DNA from: Candidatus Wirthbacteria bacterium
GTDB taxonomy: Bacteria > Patescibacteriota > CG2-30-54-11
DNA length: 64,000 nt
Assembly: GCA_903889905.1 (NCBI GenBank)
Contig: CAISZI010000053.1
Coordinates: 74,599 to 138,598, forward strand
Reading direction: 5' to 3'
In this document: positions 59,043-64,000 of the stretch, in pieces
Position numbering within the stretch: the first letter of the stretch is position 1
How the letters are laid out: each line of letters starts with the position of its first letter
Notes under the pieces: model-generated
Database searches by the model: none
The model's input: only the letters and a program-made list of their open reading frames with translations
Told to the model about the DNA's origin: nothing
Position numbers and translations under genes: made by a program

Positions 59043-59996
59043 ATGCTCAGAAGCACGGACAAGCACAAAACAAGCGCGTGGATCGGTTTGGGATTATTGA
59101 TCGGAGCTGTGGTCCTGCGTCTGGTGATGATGCCGTGGCTGACACGTATCCCGAGTCAGTTCAGCCGGACAGTCAATTTGAGCGGCGATGTGACTTTGTT
59201 TGATCTGATCGCGGCCAAGCATTACCCGATCAACGCCACTGTCAAGGTGGAAGCGATTGGGTCAGATGGTAACAATGTCAAAATTCATGAAACCGTCAGT
59301 TTTAACTCGTTGTTCAGTTCTCAGTCGCTATTGCTCAAAGAAGCGGTTGACACGTTATTGAATCAAGCAGCGATCAAGAATGAATACTGGAGCAAGCTGG
59401 GACTACTACTTGGGACGGACACGGTCGACAAGACGTTCTGGGTCGATGGTTTGAAGGCAACCTATATCTCACCGGCCGAAGCCAATCAGGATTATTGGAC
59501 GCTGCCACCTGGGCAGGCCCATAAGTCCAGTTATGCTATTTACGATGGTATTTCCAACTCGACCACACAGTTGAGTTTTGCCGGCAGTGAAAAAGTTGAC
59601 CGTATTAATACCTATGCCTACAAAGCAACGTTTGGTACCTATGGACTGGGCAGTGTCTCGATTCCCCAGGCCAGGCAAAGCGTTAGTCTAAATGCTGACG
59701 GTGAGCTAAAACTCAACGTGGAAGAACTCAGCAGTTATCCGGTAAGTGCCAGTCTGGCCATCAATCTCTACGCTCAGGTTGGCGGCCTCAAGGTCAATGT
59801 GCTGCGTGTCGACTTTGCCACGCCAGCGAGCACCATCAAAGCGCAAGCCGAGACTGCCTGGTGGGCAGCCGTGGGGATGGTTCTAGGCAACTGGATTCTG
59901 CCGATTGGCTTATTAATCGCCGGGTTGTTTCTGTTAATGCGTTCACGCCGCAAAACAACGATCCACCCATCTCGAAAAAGGTTCCACAAGGCTTAG
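59043..59996 (+). CDS. Protein with terminal TM helices, DUF3068/PorA-like
   Basis: AAGGAGGAGG RBS; TM helices at both ends; K.SY.IYD...L.F.G.E...TY.Y and VE..S..PV pattern. Confidence 0.6.
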   Translation: MLRSTDKHKTSAWIGLGLLIGAVVLRLVMMPWLTRIPSQFSRTVNLSGDVTLFDLIAAKHYPINATVKVEAIGSDGNNVKIHETVSFNSLFSSQSLLLKEAVDTLLNQAAIKNEYWSKLGLLLGTDTVDKTFWVDGLKATYISPAEANQDYWTLPPGQAHKSSYAIYDGISNSTTQLSFAGSEKVDRINTYAYKATFGTYGLGSVSIPQARQSVSLNADGELKLNVEELSSYPVSASLAINLYAQVGGLKVNVLRVDFATPASTIKAQAETAWWAAVGMVLGNWILPIGLLIAGLFLLMRSRRKTTIHPSRKRFHKA

Positions 59997-60446
59997 GCAC
60001 GAAAATCAGGCGATTTCGTGTTTTGCTTGAGAGCGCCGGTGATGGGATCGATTGTCTGATGGAGTCTCGACAAAAGCCTTTTGGTCGAGACTTTTTGTTG
60101 TTTGCCTGTCTTTTCTACTGTCGCAGCAACCTTTGTGGCCTGTTGCTGAATTCGTATTATGTTGTGGTGCGGTCTGCCATTGACTAAGCCTTATCAAGCA
60201 GTTGTTGTGCAAAGATAAAATGATGCAAAAACGTGTGATGTGATGGTTGTTGGCACGGGTTTGACGTTGTCCTTGGCATGCACCAAACGGCTTAATAACT
60301 GCGCTTGGTTTTCGTCTCTTATTGGTTAAAATGGCAGTTTGAGAAGCTGCTGAAAGGCTTACTTTTTAAACAGGAATATTTTGTCTAAGCCTCTCAAAAT
60401 GATTGAAAATGCTATATAAACAAAGGCTTAGACACCAAAAATAGCG

Positions 60447-60474
60447 TTGACTTTTGTTCTAAAAATGCTACACT
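60447..60474 (+). promoter_or_regulatory. Putative sigma70 promoter P1
   Basis: TTGACT-N16-TACACT. Confidence 0.55.
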
Positions 60475-60696
60475 GCGAGTGCTTTTCCAAACCCTTCACA
60501 GAAACCAAGTTTAAGCTTGCAATCAAACGACGAACCAAGGCCAGGGTGAGAGGAAAAGTTTTAAATCAAAACATCCCAACATTTGCCCGCGAGTTCAGTT
60601 AAGGCAGGCAGGCAAATGGTTGGGAAAAGCTATGCAGGAAAACCAAGCATGAGCGCAAAGTTATATATAAGTATCTTAAGAGAAGAAACAGGGGAT

Positions 60697-60724
60697 TTGA
60701 CAAAAGATCAAAATGCGGTACAAT
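60697..60724 (+). promoter_or_regulatory. Putative sigma70 promoter P2
   Basis: TTGACA-N16-TACAAT. Confidence 0.55.
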
Positions 60725-60770
60725 CAGGAGATTTATTCGGTATGAATAAATTAAAAAATCCAGCCCCAGA

Positions 60771-63700
60771 ATGTTAAAACAAAAACCAAAAGCCAAACAG
60801 TGGCCAGCAATGGCTGTTGTTGCAAAGCACCAGAATCCCCCCTCCCGGAGCGGGCAAGGGAGAGCTGGTGCTTTGGCGTCTGGATTTAAGCGCCTTTTGG
60901 GTAGTTTTAACTTTTGGAAAAAAACATTTGCGACCGTTTCGATTTTTTTCTACGTTTTTGGACTGGTGCCTTGGGATCAGCTGAATTTTGCCCATGCCGC
61001 CGTAGCACAGACAATCAACTACCAGGGGCGCCTGGCGGACTCAAATGGCAATTTGCTGGGAGGAACCACCGGTATCCCCTATTGTTTTTACTTTGCCGTG
61101 TATGACGACGCTTTGTCCGGCAATCGCGTTTGGCCATCGGCTGGCAGTTACGAAGTTCAGGATGGCGTGCAGGTTACCAATGGCGTGTTTAACCTGCAAA
61201 TTGGTGCGCAGATCGCTAACGGCTTTGATCCCAGCAACTGGGTGGGCGGGATGGCCTGGGATGAACGGGGCAATGCGTTATATCTCCAGATCTCCGTCGG
61301 CTCCAACGGCTGTACCGCCATGGAAGACCTTGCCCCACGTGAAAAAATAACGTCCGTTGGCATGGCGATGGATTCCGGACGGCTCGGGGGCAAGACCGAA
61401 GCCCAATTCGCCACGCTTGCCGAAAACGAAACCATTACCGGCAACTGGACATTTAACGGGACCATCAATCAGCAAAAGGATTCAACCACCGCGCTCACCG
61501 TCGGCAATGGAACCAATAACACGCTGATTGTGGACACGACCAATCACAAAGTATCGATTTCGGATGGGACCAATAGCGAACTTTTGGTGGATGGATCGAC
61601 CAAGACCGTTACAGCTGGCGCGGCAGTTGATCGCACCACCGTTAACGTTTTTGGCAACCTGAACCTCAAAGGCAAGACGGACCTGATTACCACCAACACC
61701 GCGACGGCAAATTCCGTGTTTGTCTACGACACGACGGCAGACAGTGACAATGGCAGCTGGCGACAGGGCAATCTGGCCAAAACAACGACCTGGTTCAACG
61801 AAGGCCTGAATACCTCGACTCGCGGCGCCACGCAGGCCTTCCCCACCAAAGCTACGATTGTCGCAGCCAATGACCACGTGCTGATTTATGATGCACAGAA
61901 CAATGCACTTTGGATGCAGTTTGATATGGGCGCCAACTTTGCCCTGGGCGCTGGCGTCAACAATTTTCCAATTTCGGTGTTTGCTCAGGATGGCAAAATT
62001 TACGTCGGCACAACCGGGAGTGCGGCGAGTGGCCTTTATGTCATCGACTTTGTGCACGACCGCATCACCCGCTACGACAGCACGGATGCGCGTGATTTTT
62101 TCCGTCATCTCGTTGACCGTAACGATGGCGGTGGTCTTGCCTATACGAATACTGGCAAAGCTTCCCTCGCGATCGTGAGCAACAAGGTCAACAATGTGCA
62201 GGTCAAAACCATCAACGGTAAGCAATTTGTGGTGCTGGCCACTGACAGCGGCGTGTCGGTGATCAACACCACGGATGGCTTTGTGAATAATTATGCGAAC
62301 GTCGCTAATGACGATTACAATGCCGCGCAGCTCACCAGTGCCGGCAATTTGTATGCCGTGAATGAAACGCAGGCACAACTGGAACTCTGGACCAATGCGC
62401 AAAACGATCTCGCCAGTCGCATTGGCGTTTCCCCGAATTTTGTCTGGACCAATGCCACCACGCCAGCGCTGGTCAATACTGGCGCAGCACCCTCGATCGT
62501 GGTTGGCTCCAATCAGTTGCTTGTCCTGGAACATGCCTCAGCCGTGGATGATACGTCCGATCGCATCTACCTCGGCCTGGGGTCAGGATTGACCGAAATT
62601 GATGACAAAGCCATGGATCACACCAGCGGTGCGGTCAAATATCTAAGCAGCGCCTCGATTTCCGAAATCATGTCCGGCGATGTGCGGCTGATGGTGCCGA
62701 TGACCAACAGCGCTGCCAATACGACCGTGACCGACCTCTCGGCCAAACGCAATACACTCGCTTCGAATAACAATACCAGCACACAGGCGCTTGCCGGCGG
62801 CATTCGTGGTAACGGGTTTGTCTTCAACGGCACGTCGGATTACATTACCCTGACGCATAACGCCAATGTCGATTTTGGTGCCAACAGCGATCAGGGTATC
62901 AGCGTGTGGGCCAAGGTCGGCGACACGGTGGGCGGGGCCATGCAGCTGGTGGATGCTTATAACAGCGGGGCTTCGACTGGCTTCCAGGTTTATATCGACA
63001 CCAATGGCCATGTTGTTTATCAAATCGGCGACGGCACGCTGACCCCATCTGTAACCGGCAATGTCGCGGTGGATGACAGCAGCTGGCACCACATTGTCGC
63101 GGTGAGAAGTCGCGCGGCCAAACAATTACAAATCTGGATTGACGGCGTGCTCGACAACAGCGCTACCGATACCACCACCGCGTCGCTCGCCACGTCTGCT
63201 AATTTGCGCATTGGTGCACAGAATGCACCCGGCCGGTACGTAAGTGGTGACATGGACGAACTGATGATCACGGCCGGACTGATGGATGGTGGCTTGATCA
63301 AAAAGATTCATGATACAGGACATGCTGCGAGCCAGGCGCATGGCGGTGCCAATTTCCAGCATTTGATTGGTGCCGGCGCCAGTTCGACAACCGTGGACAC
63401 CGTTACGGCAGTGGCCATGGACCAAAGCCGCAACAATCTCTATATCGGCACCAACGACGTCACCACCAATAGCGGGGGCGTGAGCGTTCTCGGCGTTAAT
63501 TCTGACTCGATTGTCGATGGGTATAACAGTGTCAACAACATCAAGCACGATGACTACGCCACGGCTTTTGATGCCAACGACGTTACTTCCATTGCTATCC
63601 TTGGCGACCCCTGCCTGAGTAACACCGGTTCAGGTTCGCGCTGCAACAACAGCGGCACCCTGGCGGTTGTGGGAACCAATGACGTCAGTGCCCGCGTCTG

Positions 63701-64000
63701 GGTGGAACGCAATGATTATGATGTTTACGAATCTTTGAGTTCCGCGACATCCTCCAACCTGGTCAAAAACACGATTACGGCCACCTCCATGTTCCGGGTA
63801 TACGATCCTACTTCAGCCAGTCGCCAGGATGTCTCGAGCACGGATGGCAACGTCATGATTTCTCCGATTTTTCAGATTGATTCTTCTGGTGCTACCGGCA
63901 ACGTGAGCGGCACGGCGTTTGCCAATGTGTCCATGGCCGACATGCTGCAGGACCCCAGTTTTGAAAAAGACGCGGGCACGGGAATTGCAGCCTACTGGGA
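60771..64000 (+). CDS. Large secreted surface/fibre protein with LamG (ConA-like) domain, 3'-truncated by the window
   Basis: Manual translation MLKQKPKAKQ...FAHA/AVAQTINYQGRLADSNG...; LamG motifs SVWAK, WHHIVAVR, IWIDG, G.MDEL; its absence from the ORF track is consistent with no stop before 64000. Confidence 0.88.
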   Translation, partial: MLKQKPKAKQWPAMAVVAKHQNPPSRSGQGRAGALASGFKRLLGSFNFWKKTFATVSIFFYVFGLVPWDQLNFAHAAVAQTINYQGRLADSNGNLLGGTTGIPYCFYFAVYDDALSGNRVWPSAGSYEVQDGVQVTNGVFNLQIGAQIANGFDPSNWVGGMAWDERGNALYLQISVGSNGCTAMEDLAPREKITSVGMAMDSGRLGGKTEAQFATLAENETITGNWTFNGTINQQKDSTTALTVGNGTNNTLIVDTTNHKVSISDGTNSELLVDGSTKTVTAGAAVDRTTVNVFGNLNLKGKTDLITTNTATANSVFVYDTTADSDNGSWRQGNLAKTTTWFNEGLNTSTRGATQAFPTKATIVAANDHVLIYDAQNNALWMQFDMGANFALGAGVNNFPISVFAQDGKIYVGTTGSAASGLYVIDFVHDRITRYDSTDARDFFRHLVDRNDGGGLAYTNTGKASLAIVSNKVNNVQVKTINGKQFVVLATDSGVSVINTTDGFVNNYANVANDDYNAAQLTSAGNLYAVNETQAQLELWTNAQNDLASRIGVSPNFVWTNATTPALVNTGAAPSIVVGSNQLLVLEHASAVDDTSDRIYLGLGSGLTEIDDKAMDHTSGAVKYLSSASISEIMSGDVRLMVPMTNSAANTTVTDLSAKRNTLASNNNTSTQALAGGIRGNGFVFNGTSDYITLTHNANVDFGANSDQGISVWAKVGDTVGGAMQLVDAYNSGASTGFQVYIDTNGHVVYQIGDGTLTPSVTGNVAVDDSSWHHIVAVRSRAAKQLQIWIDGVLDNSATDTTTASLATSANLRIGAQNAPGRYVSGDMDELMITAGLMDGGLIKKIHDTGHAASQAHGGANFQHLIGAGASSTTVDTVTAVAMDQSRNNLYIGTNDVTTNSGGVSVLGVNSDSIVDGYNSVNNIKHDDYATAFDANDVTSIAILGDPCLSNTGSGSRCNNSGTLAVVGTNDVSARVWVERNDYDVYESLSSATSSNLVKNTITATSMFRVYDPTSASRQDVSSTDGNVMISPIFQIDSSGATGNVSGTAFANVSMADMLQDPSFEKDAGTGIAAYW

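Noticed and set aside
61482-63548. Minus-strand ORFs of 350, 160 and 140 aa
   Set aside because: Antisense shadows of the large plus-strand gene starting at 60771
1-64000. Alternative genetic code (UGA=Gly, as in Gracilibacteria)
   Set aside because: Conserved genes such as res, prfA, trxB, sufB and sufS end at TGA at the expected length and have no internal TGA

Overview
Bacterial chromosomal segment using the standard genetic code (TGA serves as stop). Gene content suggests a Patescibacteria/CPR-like or related monoderm lineage: NLPY-type PrmC, C-terminally extended L31, short YidC and Jag, sortase, a stand-alone receiver protein and a very large 'INYQGRL' surface protein. This assignment is inference. 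Left to right: (1) an orphan 1166-aa internally repetitive protein; (2) a ~9.5 kb AT-richer island (3861-13419) bounded by a 22-bp direct repeat of the 3' end of tRNA-Ala(CGC), carrying Type III R-M mod and res with a HEPN-like ORF between them, a DUF4268/NucS-like nuclease and a large serine recombinase whose reading frame crosses the att site, so its C-terminus should differ between integrated and excised forms; (3) housekeeping and metabolic genes: rsfS, obgE, hppA, panE, htpX, htrA, coaBC-type II PanK-panB-panC, tsaC-prmC-prfA-rpmE, dus, trxB, sortase, a P-loop kinase coupled to thrC, rpmH-rnpA-yidD-yidC-jag and rrf2-sufBDSU-sufC; (4) three tRNAs (Ala-CGC, Arg-CCT, Pro-TGG), two of them preceded by truncated 5' copies of themselves interrupted at the same D-arm position by short palindromic elements; (5) the 5' part of a large LamG-containing secreted protein that runs off the window and is absent from the ORF track. 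No CRISPR array or rRNA was seen. All calls come from reading motifs by eye; no database searches were run.
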